A stretch of 24,000 bases of DNA from Methanofollis formosanus. GTDB lineage: Archaea; Halobacteriota; Methanomicrobia; Methanomicrobiales; Methanofollaceae. Positions 23,318-24,000 of the stretch are shown in pieces. A program made the translations under genes and the position numbers. The notes beneath the pieces are model-generated. The model worked only from the letters and a program-made list of their open reading frames with translations, was not told the DNA's origin and did not search any database. Position 1 is the stretch's first letter. The number at the start of each line of letters is the position of its first letter. The DNA is taken from positions 912,789-936,788 of the forward strand of contig NZ_CP037968.1 of the NCBI RefSeq assembly GCF_019633745.1. The letters run 5' to 3'.

Positions 23318-24000
23318 TCAATTCCCACCCCTGCCGCACCGCCACAGCGGGTTCACCGACCGCCTCCCCTGCAGGTCGGGGACGGCATGGGCGATGGCAC
23401 CTTCGATGAAGGACTTCGCCCTGACAAAGGCATCTCTTGGGGACATACCGAGAGCGAGGCCGGCGGCAAGGGCCGCGGAGAAGCAGCACCCGGTGCCGTG
23501 GACCGCATACGGATGGCGCAGACCGGAGAGGAGCACCTCCCCGTCGGCGTCCATGAAGAGATCGGCCGGCGCGCCCTCCAGGTGACCCCCCTTCACCACC
23601 ACGGCGGCCGCCCCCATCGCGAGGACCGCCGCCCCGGCCGCCCGCATCCCGTCCATGCTCCTCACCGGGAAACCCGCGAGCACCCCGGCCTCGGGAAGGT
23701 TCGGGGTCACCACCGCCGCCCGCGAGAGCAGGTCGTCGACCAGGACGTCGAGGGCGTCCCGGGCCAGGAGACGGGTGCCCGAGGTCGCCACCATCACCGG
23801 GTCGACGACCAGGGGCACGCCGCCGGGCAGGGCGGCGGCGACCGCCCTGATCACCGATGCATCCGCAAGCATCCCGGTCTTGAAGGCCCCGACCTGATAG
23901 GCCTCGGAGACCGCAGCGATCTGGGCGGCCACCGTCTCGGGCGGGAGCGCCCAAGACCCCCGCACCCCCCCAGGGTTCTGGGCCGTCACCGCCGTCACCG
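23318..24000 (-). CDS. thiD: hydroxymethylpyrimidine/phosphomethylpyrimidine kinase, N-terminus beyond the window edge
   Basis: TAVTAQN...KTGML...LVVDPVMVATSG...VVTPNLPEA...VVVKGGH...HGTGCCFSAALAAGLA, the canonical ThiD (ribokinase-fold) motifs. The frame is open to nt 24000. Confidence 0.9.
   Translation of the reverse strand, partial: VTAVTAQNPGGVRGSWALPPETVAAQIAAVSEAYQVGAFKTGMLADASVIRAVAAALPGGVPLVVDPVMVATSGTRLLARDALDVLVDDLLSRAAVVTPNLPEAGVLAGFPVRSMDGMRAAGAAVLAMGAAAVVVKGGHLEGAPADLFMDADGEVLLSGLRHPYAVHGTGCCFSAALAAGLALGMSPRDAFVRAKSFIEGAIAHAVPDLQGRRSVNPLWRCGRGGN

Noticed and set aside
1-24000. Scan for CRISPR arrays, rRNA genes and IS/transposase genes
   Set aside because: No regularly spaced short direct repeats with unique spacers, no rRNA-like sequence and no transposase-like translation were seen. 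The only mobile-element signature is the integrase locus.

Overview
High-GC archaeal window, clearly from a methanogen (probably Methanomicrobiales-like; inferred from gene content only). It has three parts. (1) nt 1-7250: the last gene of a BREX defence operon (brxL, 5'-truncated by the window edge). It is followed by a compact mobile element integrated next to tRNA-Glu(UUC), carrying a tyrosine integrase, three small SD-preceded ORFs, a 937-aa AEP-primase/P-loop-helicase fusion and a small membrane protein. A dense cluster of palindromes and 11-bp tandem repeats (candidate origin) lies inside the 3' third of the primase-helicase ORF. (2) nt 7390-15835: core genes. These are a PRC-barrel protein, ilvE, a tight coenzyme F430 operon cfbA-cfbE-cfbD-cfbB (no cfbC in the window), and a divergent operon of a methanogenesis-marker-9-like fusion protein, a CitG-like protein and a DUF447 protein (H4MPT-linked families). 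(3) nt 15836-24000: an accessory-looking region. It holds a ~1 kb gene-free stretch with two diverged copies of a ~190-nt structured repeat, vapBC, an orphan hicB-like gene and two membrane proteins (one a 584-aa GT-C-like polytopic protein). Four tandem archaeal type IV pilin-like paralogs with duplicated promoter regions follow, then a partial thiD. A third, inverted copy of the structured repeat, lacking one hairpin module, sits at 7.8 kb. No rRNA or CRISPR array was seen. Many long ORFs in the six-frame track are antisense or N-terminal-extension artefacts of the high GC content. All similarity calls come from reading the translations by eye; no database search was possible.
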